This document shows, one piece after another, positions 46,801 to 54,774 of a stretch of 60,827 bases of DNA; the stretch's first letter is position 1; each line of letters starts with the position of its first letter. The notes under the pieces were generated by a model. It was not told the origin of the DNA. It did no database searches and was given only the letters and a program-made list of their open reading frames with translations. A program made the translations under genes and the position numbers. This stretch comes from an uncultured Bacteriovorax sp. (GTDB taxonomy: Bacteria; Bdellovibrionota; UBA2428), in contig CAZXHL010000002.1 in the NCBI GenBank assembly GCA_964640545.1, positions 1-60,827 on the forward strand, written 5' to 3'.

Positions 46801-46870
46801 TGAGGCGCCAGGCAACGTCACGAGGGCTCCTACCTCTGTGCAACACGACTTGGCTCCAAAAGAAATGTAG
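43847..46870 (+). CDS. Large (1007 aa) secreted acidic Ser/Thr/Asp-rich protein
   Basis: GTG start, signal peptide GIPFSGLLLASSTSYASA, a long low-complexity acidic middle and a helical Cys-containing C-terminal domain. Confidence 0.5.
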   Translation: MVSNLRKCLKFGWLFMGIPFSGLLLASSTSYASAIDFTNFDGLVTDHLVSTFGPDEIEAMLSKLPKELTASEQAFILSIADVSSNDLILDAVEAKALEGLLLEAEMRAQENLNLLLAAESAKLGVDLDSEDTTDEDKEKVLAAVSAGLSATSSTETTEILDLLGSKHGNGGEVSSADLGSLLQSYARTHSESIAAVKPAAELYRFSESGEALSSAEIVAKVTDRSASSLASSFDDLGFEARDFDLSQVQKSNGNPLLASLGGIENTLFDSSFDASVYVPEEDIRNSAGGQARTFTRNGETVIFEGASDATEVSDTGTANAHDGSASTSAARSFVPVTQEGVDEGAARGRSSSSSDNGGKSDNAQPLASNSLDSGTSHTDTGSSPEFTGNNFTQNSEKYVPASSTKPEVSKTVQVGENVQNVNSGNEVISSTAPNNGDFNQNLDGTSTGTSFDFNFDPATLENLTPLFSIDEVPEGFRSTYGQLANTTDPVERDRYIIDRWVEAEASFDAPEWSKEVVKDPEDHAQDGRAAAQSPSSPQTLSSSIPAPRQVLSSADLAECNKSILGEVMQLIGESPTFQQYVFPTSSGALDVNGSAVLSSMNLTAETKSLGQTSVERIFNERELAENFCLSLKSPEGISERELYKARAEFSRIIADQATPLLERISGMPGVDSETPTSYDFDAAQLDLEASIAETNKTVQEIGELSLTDNFNGRSGILGFGVDNSSSSDPASLFTQTQPLAGAGNRKIASLDGAHHFFKDQAERYAELAEGAGDERASGVCFDAATSFMLDSLDGSLKPPVGQDWNPFKFKAARIMARNLGRRTDNQYPDLCDSLRTLREQKLSSVSLLEAYLKKNPDPADKLFNAFSLLHYEMLKAYQIALDLPSDCDSADTVVKMNRDLVEKKATQLFTHQNHAKYFKGFSRAINDDESSSRQRLSCLNAVVLDTKAASIVAKTENPDDETAKAMKTLVGNLAKARSGVPFVDTEAPGNVTRAPTSVQHDLAPKEM

Positions 46871-46872
46871 AC

Positions 46873-48330
46873 TTACAGGCAGATTTTTCTAGCGTCTAAA
46901 GATTGGGGGATTAGCACCCCGGCCTTTGCAAAAGATTTGCAGTATTTCTGCTTGTCTTTGATGGAAGAATGACCGAGAGATTTGAAAAAGACTTCCACGA
47001 GCAGTCGTGAGTTCCTCGATTTTTCATCCGTTTGAATGTGGGGAGAAAGTATCTCAACAACTTTGGCAGCATCTTTTCTGGCTGCGGCGGTTTTCGGAAA
47101 ATCATTCGATTTTAAAAATTCATAGATAATAATGGCCCGTTGAGTGTCAATCTCAACGACGAGTTGCTGCGTATCACTCCGATTTTTCTGTGTGTCGAGC
47201 AGGTCTGATGCTATTTCATAATGTTTGAGTGCATTTGAAAGAAGGCCTCTTTCTTGGAAATCAAGACCTTGTTGGTATTCAGTGTGTGCTCTCGCGATTC
47301 TCACCCAAGGATCTTTGGGGGATTTCTTCTGGGCCGTGCTAATGAAAGACTGGCCTTCCTCCTTGCGGCCAGAAAGCGCCAGGGCCAGTCCCCTTAGGGC
47401 TTGCGCACCAGCATCTTGTGGATGGTATTGGAGGGCTTGCTTCGCTACAAGAGCAGCGGTTATGTATTGTTTGTTCTGGATTTCGATATAAGCGTATTCC
47501 AGCGAAGCTTTGAGGTTATCAGGTTTTAGCTTGAACAATTGTCTAAGCAGGACAAGCAGTCGATCCTCTCGATTTCGTTTTCTGTAGTAATCAATCAAAT
47601 TTTCTACGACCAAAGGATCTGTAGGGTCAAGCTTGTTGAGTTCTTCATAGTATTCCACTGCTTTCTCTGGACGATTGTCGTGATAGTAGAGAAGGGCCAT
47701 GTTGTTCAAGGCTCTGACTTTGACATCTTTCGGGGTCTTCGGATCGTTAATGAGAGGGAGGAGAACTCTGCGGAACTCAGTTTCTCTTTGGGCGATTAAT
47801 TGAGCGCGAACGTTTCCAGAAGGAAGCGAACGGATTTTTTTTCCGATGACTGAGATCCAAAGATAAAATCTTCTGAGAATGAGATTGTAGTTGTCGCTTT
47901 CTTTCTTGATGGCTTTGTCATAGGAAGAGATCGCCAATTCTTCCTCGCCATTCTCCTCATAAAATTTGGCCAGCTGCTTTAGGGTTGTGGATGACTCTTT
48001 GAAGGAGTTGGGCGAATTGGCGAGGTTGAGATTGAATATTTGCATCTTCTTCTGAAGGCATGCCTGTAGGTAGCTGCGAGGCGTGTTGGTCTCGCGATGT
48101 TCAAGGGCGAGTTTGACGTTCGCAATTTGTGAGATGAGCTGGGCGAACATGGCTTCTCTTTTTTCGTTTGAATTGTGTTTCTCAGCTTCATTGAGTTGAT
48201 TGTCCGCCTCAAGACAGAGGGCTCGATCCTCATAGGGATTGGCCTGTGTTGTCGTGCTAAATAGCGCCATGGCAAAAATGAGGGGAAGCTTTCTAAGCCG
48301 CAGCAGTTTGATGTCGATTGGGGCTAACAT
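46873..48330 (-). CDS. Secreted TPR-repeat protein
   Basis: Signal peptide LPLIFAMALFSTTTQANP from ATG 48330, with multiple TPR units (EKAVEYYEELNKLDPTDP, AISSYDKAIKKESDN). Confidence 0.55.
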   Translation of the reverse strand: MLAPIDIKLLRLRKLPLIFAMALFSTTTQANPYEDRALCLEADNQLNEAEKHNSNEKREAMFAQLISQIANVKLALEHRETNTPRSYLQACLQKKMQIFNLNLANSPNSFKESSTTLKQLAKFYEENGEEELAISSYDKAIKKESDNYNLILRRFYLWISVIGKKIRSLPSGNVRAQLIAQRETEFRRVLLPLINDPKTPKDVKVRALNNMALLYYHDNRPEKAVEYYEELNKLDPTDPLVVENLIDYYRKRNREDRLLVLLRQLFKLKPDNLKASLEYAYIEIQNKQYITAALVAKQALQYHPQDAGAQALRGLALALSGRKEEGQSFISTAQKKSPKDPWVRIARAHTEYQQGLDFQERGLLSNALKHYEIASDLLDTQKNRSDTQQLVVEIDTQRAIIIYEFLKSNDFPKTAAARKDAAKVVEILSPHIQTDEKSRNSRLLVEVFFKSLGHSSIKDKQKYCKSFAKAGVLIPQSLDARKICL

Positions 48331-48431
48331 TACTAATATTGTTACATTTTTTACATGGCTTTGAAAGGTAGGAGCTTTGGCGCTTGGGGAAGGTGTCAAT
48401 ATTTTGCCGGCTTCTGAGCCTTAGGTGGCGT

Positions 48432-49952
48432 TCAGGATTTCTTTGCGACTCGAAAGCGAGTTTTGGGGCCAGCACCTTGTTTCTCCAGCAACTCTTCTGT
48501 AAAGGCTTCCTTGAGCCATTTTGTCGCAGTTCTTTGTGGAAGATTAAGGGCTTCGGAAACCTGAGTGCTGGAAACCCAGTTGTGTCCGCATGACTCTACG
48601 ATGTCGTGACAGAATTCAACAAGTTTGGAATCCAGAACCGAAGCATGGCGATCAATCACGAGTGACAGCGGCTGAGTCGCTTGAATACTAAAGTAATTTT
48701 TCTTTGAGGTGATTTGGATGGGGATGTCCGCTTCATCGAACCAAACATTCAATCGATAGACAATCTGATAGATTTTTCTGGGTGTTGAAATCAAGCTAAA
48801 ATAGGTCTCATTAAAAAGCTCATCATGGACCTTGTAGAGATCTAAAGGCCTATAAAAATCTCGGGTGATTAGGGCTAAAAATTTTTGGCTGAGTAAGTGA
48901 GGGCGCAAGGTTAGGTCTGTGAAAGAGTTTTCTCCAGTTTGGATGTTCAAGAAGTCTTCGCGTTCTTGGTTTATCTCGGGCCCCTGGCCAGCCGCACTCA
49001 GCGCCCAGCGATAAGTTGAAAACTCAGGAAAGTCTTTTTGGGAAAACTTTTCGAAATTTCTTACAATTTTCTCTCGGTAGTTAGTGAATGGAGTGCCGGT
49101 GTAGAGATACTCGAGCAGCTTGTCATCTTGTAGGTAAATGGCTTTGAGGTAGTCAGCATCGCGAACCATCTCGTAGTTTCTGATTCCAAGTGCGCCGCTT
49201 CTTAGTTCAGAGATTTCACTAGCGACGGAGTCATCAACTCCTTTTTGGTTAATTCTTTGAACGAGATCCCATTTTTTGATCATGAGAGTGTCAAAGATTG
49301 ACTTTGCGCCCATCAGTTCGATGGCATTATTCATATATTTTGTGGATTTGATGAAATCATTTTGCAAGACGTAGAATTGAGCTGCGAGCATCAGAACGTT
49401 TCTATGGTGGCGCTTAGTGGCTTCAGTGGAAGTTAGTCTAAGGAGATCATCGATCAGGGCAACAGTCTTCTCTGGTTCATCAATCACGATGTAGGACGAG
49501 AGCAGATTTACTTTTGCGGTAATTTTTGCGTAATCGTCGACCTCGGGGTGAGCAACAAAGTTCTCCAAAAGTGTAGCCGCATCGGTGTAGTTCCATCTGG
49601 TGATCTCAGCAAACGATGCGTAGAGAAATTTGTTCGGGTGTGCTGCACCATCTACGGAGTCTAGAATCTTGACGCCTTCATTAAGCGCTCCAAGCTTGAT
49701 GAGAGCCATGGCATATTCGATTCGCTCTTCTTCCGTTGGCTTTTGAGGATCTTTCGCTTTTGGCCTGACATAGGGGCGCAGCGCCTTTATGGCATCAGTT
49801 GTATTTCCAAGCCTTCTCGAAAGGTTTGCATATTGAGCCATAGATGAGCGCTTAAGGCTCTTTTGGTCAATGGTGCCTATCAAGCTTATCGCTTCCGCCA
49901 GGCTGGATGCCCGAATCAAATCATCAACTTCTTTTAGAAGATCTTCGCTCAT
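48432..49952 (-). CDS. Cytoplasmic TPR-like protein with C-terminal winged-helix DNA-binding domain (putative regulator)
   Basis: There is no signal peptide. N-terminal helical repeats are followed by the C-terminal end WVSSTQVSEALNLPQRTATKWLKEAFTEELLEKQGAGPKTRFRV, which looks like a wHTH. Confidence 0.45.
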   Translation of the reverse strand: MSEDLLKEVDDLIRASSLAEAISLIGTIDQKSLKRSSMAQYANLSRRLGNTTDAIKALRPYVRPKAKDPQKPTEEERIEYAMALIKLGALNEGVKILDSVDGAAHPNKFLYASFAEITRWNYTDAATLLENFVAHPEVDDYAKITAKVNLLSSYIVIDEPEKTVALIDDLLRLTSTEATKRHHRNVLMLAAQFYVLQNDFIKSTKYMNNAIELMGAKSIFDTLMIKKWDLVQRINQKGVDDSVASEISELRSGALGIRNYEMVRDADYLKAIYLQDDKLLEYLYTGTPFTNYREKIVRNFEKFSQKDFPEFSTYRWALSAAGQGPEINQEREDFLNIQTGENSFTDLTLRPHLLSQKFLALITRDFYRPLDLYKVHDELFNETYFSLISTPRKIYQIVYRLNVWFDEADIPIQITSKKNYFSIQATQPLSLVIDRHASVLDSKLVEFCHDIVESCGHNWVSSTQVSEALNLPQRTATKWLKEAFTEELLEKQGAGPKTRFRVAKKS

Positions 49953-50010
49953 CAGTAAAAGGCCTATCCCACTATCAATATAGACCTAAAATCCGCCTGT
50001 AGCTAGAAGC

Positions 50011-51273
50011 CTAATACTTAAACTTAAATCCTAGTGAGTATAAGGCGTCTTCATCGCCATACTCTTGTGTATGTTGATTTCGGAAACGATACAGCCCGGT
50101 CGAAGCTGAAACTTTCTCTGACAAAGGAACGACTACTTCAGCACCAATTTTCTGATGTCCGGAAGAATTCACCTCTCCAAAAATCTCTAGTGAACAGTAT
50201 CCTGCAATGAGAGTTGCGCTTGCGCTGCAGTATGCTGCATTGTTCTCTTTCGTTAGACTGTTCCCCTGAAGTCCGGTTTCAACCATTGTTGAAATTTTTG
50301 TCTTTCCGTTGAGGTCAATTTGCATGATTCGGCCGACGCCTGCTTTTGCGGCGATATAAGCCTCTTCTTCCATATGGGCTACGTTCTCTAGACTTCCTCC
50401 TTGGGAAAGTTGGTTGTGCCAATATTTCTGGATGGATTGGCTAATTCCAGTATCATCTTTCTGGCAGCCAATCTCTCCTTCGAATCTCATGAAATAGGTA
50501 TCATTGCCGCTTGGATCTCGGCTCTTCACAACAGAGACATTGAGTGCATTTTGCTCCATTGATTCTTGGTATCTGCTGCCGTTGGCATTTCGACTATTGC
50601 CATCTACTGTAGTTGGTCTTGTATACAGGTGGCTCAACAGAGAATAGTTAACGCTGTCATTACCCCTTTTCACAAGAGCGTCTAGTTCCATCCCGAAGGT
50701 AAGGCCTGCTTTGTCATTTCCGGTATCTTTTATCCCGGCTTGGCTTAGGCCTCCATGAAGTCCGTTGTCGTTGATACTGTTGAAGCTTATAATCATTTCC
50801 CGCGAAGGACCTGACCCGGACTCCCTTTGTTGCTTGAACATGGCAATGAGATCGTCAGAAGGCTCTACTTGAACGTTAAGTAAATCTGGTTTCTTTATAC
50901 AGTGGGTGTTGTTTAAGAAGTTTTTTAGAAGCGGGTTCGCATTGATTTTAGAGACGAGATTGGATTTGTCGTTATCGCCCAGAACCGTTTTGTCTAAACT
51001 GATAATCTTTGTTTTCAGCTCTTCCAGGTTCCTACCAAAGGTTAGAATCTTAGCATTGGCATCTTTTAGGACCACGCCATTTTTATGCTCCATGATTGAA
51101 TGACCAGATGGGAATTCAACAGACGCTTTTGGGGACCTTTCTTCTTTACGAATACCCAGGTTCGCTATATCTGAATTTGCTGCATGCGATTGAGCCCGTA
51201 GTTCTTGACTCGATACTCCTGCTATTAATAGGCCATAGATTAAATATGCATTTATAGTTTTGTTTGCTTCCAT
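50011..51273 (-). CDS. Outer-membrane beta-barrel protein
   Basis: Signal peptide from ATG 51273 (AYLIYGLLIAGVSSQELRAQS), alternating-hydrophobicity strands in the C-terminal two thirds, and the terminal beta-signal ...YSLGFKFKY. Confidence 0.5.
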   Translation of the reverse strand: MEANKTINAYLIYGLLIAGVSSQELRAQSHAANSDIANLGIRKEERSPKASVEFPSGHSIMEHKNGVVLKDANAKILTFGRNLEELKTKIISLDKTVLGDNDKSNLVSKINANPLLKNFLNNTHCIKKPDLLNVQVEPSDDLIAMFKQQRESGSGPSREMIISFNSINDNGLHGGLSQAGIKDTGNDKAGLTFGMELDALVKRGNDSVNYSLLSHLYTRPTTVDGNSRNANGSRYQESMEQNALNVSVVKSRDPSGNDTYFMRFEGEIGCQKDDTGISQSIQKYWHNQLSQGGSLENVAHMEEEAYIAAKAGVGRIMQIDLNGKTKISTMVETGLQGNSLTKENNAAYCSASATLIAGYCSLEIFGEVNSSGHQKIGAEVVVPLSEKVSASTGLYRFRNQHTQEYGDEDALYSLGFKFKY

Positions 51274-51372
51274 ACCTAAATATTGCCTGAACGAGGAAGC
51301 CGGAGTAACCCACATTTCCGTGCTAGATTAAGATTGTATTAAGAGTGCTTTATGGCACCTCATCTTATTCCA

Positions 51373-51430
51373 ATATTAATTAAGCAGCACTTGTTAATGT
51401 CTCCTGGACTCTTGGGCGGGCATTATAAGA
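51373..51430 (+). promoter_or_regulatory. Conserved leader/operator-like motif upstream of lipoprotein paralog 1
   Basis: The imperfect inverted repeat ATTAATTAAG-N5-CTTGTTAAT and the block CTTGGGCGGGCATTATAAGA both recur upstream of paralog 2. Confidence 0.3.
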
Positions 51431-51432
51431 GT

Positions 51433-54400
51433 ATGGAAGATTCAATTGTTTATCTAAATAGTCTTAGACTGTCTCTAAAGTGTTTTCTGGCCCTATCTCT
51501 GCTTGCAGGATGTTTCGCTGGGCAAGGCACTCAAGATGTTGCTGACCGGGGTTCACATGTTGAGGTCTTCGAGCCTGGATTCTATGGTTACTCACCAACT
51601 AGTATCTCAGTAGTTTGGCCAGCGCCAGAGCCTTGGGTTGGATTTGAAGTCTTTAGAAATTTAGGCGGTGTCAGATCATCCATTCAAACATTGGTTTCTC
51701 AGTCTAGAGCCGTTGGGCTTAGTTCAAATTCTAGATATTCTCTTTCCTTATACGGTAGAGGTTTTAGTGGAGAGCTTTCTACAAATGTTCTTTTGCGGGG
51801 AAATCTAGAGACCTGGCCACTTTTCTCTATGTCTAGAGGCGTTAGTTTGCGGGAAGAAAAATTAGGTCCTGCAGGCGTTACTCTTGATATCAATTACGAT
51901 CCCTTCGTCATATTGCCTCCTGGTCCTGGGGTGAACGCATTAACACGTGCCGAGTGCTTCATTTCGGACATTCGTAATCCTGGCTCTGATCGACCGATCA
52001 CTGATCCGTTGGCACACCAACGTAGCTTTCTTGTCGCTCAGCAGTCACTTTTTATTGGCATCCGTGAAATTGAATTCTTAAATCCTAAAAGGGTTCAATG
52101 CCAAGTTAGGTACGCCGATGATACGGTAAGCGTCAGCAACAAGATCGCCACCCTACAAGCTTTCAGGGGCGGGGAGTATGGAGCTTGTGAGAATTCTGTG
52201 AACCAAGATGGTGGCTATTCATGTCAGCCCATGGTTTGCCCTCCTGGGCTAAACGATCCGGCTAGCTGCAATACGGCTGGGCCTTTTGAGCTCACTAGTA
52301 ATTCATGTTCGGCGTGGCTAAGTAAGAATTCAACTACGGGTTTGATCGAGGGAAGTCCTTCCAATCTTAATGTAGGATCTTGTTCTTATGAATACAAATT
52401 GTCGGGTTTAGGTGCTGTAGATATCATATCGCGAAAGCAACAAGTCACCGTAAGCAACTTACAACCCGTAGTTTCCATGAACGAGGTCAACGGGACGACG
52501 CCTATGAAACAAGTTAGCTCCAAAGCAACAATCGTTATTCGAGAACGTAGTCCTTCGGGCAGTGCCACTGGATCACATACATCTTCGGCAACGAACAAAA
52601 GTTTCGGAGCTGTCATGTCCTCTGATGGCACGGTTAGCCTTTCCGACGCCCAAGTTGAGAGCAATGAGGAAAGGCTTGCGATCAGCCGAGGCGTAGATAC
52701 AGGCGGAAGATACTCAGTAAGCCTTGGGTCTTGTGAGTCACATCTGAATCCAGGAAGTGGTTTTCGAGGAAAGGAATTTGAGATCAATGCTTTGACTGGA
52801 GCGATAAGCTTTAGAATGCGGGAGCATTTCTATGGGGAATGTGAAATTGAGATTCATTTTGATGATATGACAAATAGCGAGACAAGAACGGCAAGTGCGC
52901 TGCCTTTGCGGATTCGTGTATACCCAGTGAACGATGAACCCAAGCTCATTTTCTTCAATGGTGTGAAGCATAGCTCAGATGCCCTGAATGTGGATCGTTG
53001 TGGTACGAATTTGGATTCGTCTTGTTTGATTTCTGAGGAAATTGTTAGAGATATCAATATTTCGGGTGGAGTCCTGAGTGTTCCTGCGGGCCTTCAAGAA
53101 ACAAACTACAAGGAAGATCAGCCGGTTGCGATAAAAAATTCGATGGCTATAGTTCCGAACTCGATCGATGTAAATGAAGTTCTGATTCTCGATCCTGTGG
53201 CATCCAAAATGAATTGTACTACAAATTGTGAGCTCCAAATGGGAGATCAGTTGAGTGCGTTTGATTTTAAGATCAAAGAAGCGGCTGGAAGTGCCTCTGG
53301 CTCGTTTCAAATGGCTTACACACCTTTTAATCCCGACGTGAAACAAGTGAAAGCTAAAGTCACCTTTGAAGACGCGGGATACGCCTGCGAATACATTAAT
53401 TCTTTGAGTAGAGCAGAAGAAACCATCTGTGACTCAAACAATGAGGCGAAGCTTTTTGGAGGCAAAGAGTTTACGGCCGATTTGCATATTTATACGGGTG
53501 AGTTCATGGATCGGGATACTGATTTTATAGTGGCCTTCGATACCTCTTCCATGGGGGCTGCCGTCATTGAATCCGCAAAGGAAACCATTGCAACCTGGTA
53601 CGAGACGGAGCTTCCGATTTTAAGCCCTAAGAATCGTGGACGCTTGTTGTTTGTTCGAACGCTTGGGGTTCCGGCCAACTATGTTAAAGGTGATCCGTAC
53701 AATAGAGAGCGTTGGAACGATGTCTACCTTGCACAGGGCTTAAAGGTTGCTTATGGACACACACTCGGGAACATTGCCTATGGAAATGGAAGTCCAGATT
53801 ATGGTTCTTCAAGACAGGCACGTTTTGTGGACGTTGACGGGAATTCGCTTGTTGGGCGAGTCCCTTCTGGGAGCGATGTGAATGTCGATGCAGGGGACAA
53901 TGTCGCGATGATTGATGACATTACAGAATCACACCTGAATCAGATCACCTCTCAAGAGGGGCGTCATGTGTTTTTACTTTCATTTTGTGATGAAGCAGCT
54001 CCGCAGTTTCACTCGACTACCCTTGCTAAATTAAAAAACTCGGATCCTATCCCTCAATTTAGTGTCGAAAACCCAGCCGTTAATTTTGGAAGTTGGTTCA
54101 GCGCAACAGTGGCTCCCGGAACTCCGGGCGCAACTAAGGCACAAACCGTGGGTTATGAGTGCCGTACGGGAGTATGTGATCCTAGCTACGCTTATGGATA
54201 CGCACGATTCAAGCGATTCTACAGGCAGCTCAAGAACAATGGAGGATCTTTCAAGGGGATTGCCTATCCGATTGTGGCTCCTTCAAACGGAGGAAAGGAT
54301 TTTCTTCTTCACTCTATAGCAGCACTTTATGGAAGAAGCTTAACGGCAGAAGAGGCGGAGGCTTTGCCGCGAAATCCTGTCTTTACGCAGCAGCAATGGG

Positions 54401-54639
54401 ATGCCATGGTAGTTGCTTTGCAGGGACCTAATCCATTTGAGGACATAGTAGATCCGGCAGCACCATTCGAAAGCGCAGGCCTTATTCAATATGGCTGGAG
54501 CGGTAAATTTGATCGATTCTACATTTCATCAGGGCGGGCTGAAAATCATGCAGAGTATTTCGATCCAGGCGCTACGATTGAGGGAGAGCCGCTTCCCCTC
54601 GATCAGTTCACGGATGACATGCGATTTCTGCGTCCTTAG
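51433..54639 (+). CDS. Large surface-adhesin-like lipoprotein, paralog 1 (FN3 / Ig / cadherin-like / vWA-like C-terminus)
   Basis: I trimmed the start to ATG 51433 (MEDSIVYLNSLRLSLKCFLALSLLAGC lipobox). It has an FN3-like YSPTSISVVWPAP..., a He_PIG-like TGLIEGSPSNLNVGSC, a cadherin-like VYPVNDEP and C-terminal DFIVAFDTSSMG. Confidence 0.6.
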   Translation: MEDSIVYLNSLRLSLKCFLALSLLAGCFAGQGTQDVADRGSHVEVFEPGFYGYSPTSISVVWPAPEPWVGFEVFRNLGGVRSSIQTLVSQSRAVGLSSNSRYSLSLYGRGFSGELSTNVLLRGNLETWPLFSMSRGVSLREEKLGPAGVTLDINYDPFVILPPGPGVNALTRAECFISDIRNPGSDRPITDPLAHQRSFLVAQQSLFIGIREIEFLNPKRVQCQVRYADDTVSVSNKIATLQAFRGGEYGACENSVNQDGGYSCQPMVCPPGLNDPASCNTAGPFELTSNSCSAWLSKNSTTGLIEGSPSNLNVGSCSYEYKLSGLGAVDIISRKQQVTVSNLQPVVSMNEVNGTTPMKQVSSKATIVIRERSPSGSATGSHTSSATNKSFGAVMSSDGTVSLSDAQVESNEERLAISRGVDTGGRYSVSLGSCESHLNPGSGFRGKEFEINALTGAISFRMREHFYGECEIEIHFDDMTNSETRTASALPLRIRVYPVNDEPKLIFFNGVKHSSDALNVDRCGTNLDSSCLISEEIVRDINISGGVLSVPAGLQETNYKEDQPVAIKNSMAIVPNSIDVNEVLILDPVASKMNCTTNCELQMGDQLSAFDFKIKEAAGSASGSFQMAYTPFNPDVKQVKAKVTFEDAGYACEYINSLSRAEETICDSNNEAKLFGGKEFTADLHIYTGEFMDRDTDFIVAFDTSSMGAAVIESAKETIATWYETELPILSPKNRGRLLFVRTLGVPANYVKGDPYNRERWNDVYLAQGLKVAYGHTLGNIAYGNGSPDYGSSRQARFVDVDGNSLVGRVPSGSDVNVDAGDNVAMIDDITESHLNQITSQEGRHVFLLSFCDEAAPQFHSTTLAKLKNSDPIPQFSVENPAVNFGSWFSATVAPGTPGATKAQTVGYECRTGVCDPSYAYGYARFKRFYRQLKNNGGSFKGIAYPIVAPSNGGKDFLLHSIAALYGRSLTAEEAEALPRNPVFTQQQWDAMVVALQGPNPFEDIVDPAAPFESAGLIQYGWSGKFDRFYISSGRAENHAEYFDPGATIEGEPLPLDQFTDDMRFLRP

Positions 54640-54656
54640 AGTTGTTTTCTTAACAC

Positions 54657-54716
54657 GACATTAATCAAGCACAGACTTGTTAATGTCTTCATGCCGCTTG
54701 GACGGGCATTATAAGA
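54657..54716 (+). promoter_or_regulatory. Conserved leader/operator-like motif upstream of lipoprotein paralog 2
   Basis: GACATTAATCAAG-N6-CTTGTTAATGTC is an inverted repeat (12 of 13 positions), followed by CTTGGACGGGCATTATAAGA. Confidence 0.3.
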
Positions 54717-54774
54717 TTATGGGGTTCGTGCTGTACGTGTCTAGAACGTCACCCCGCAAGATCAGAGGTCCCAA

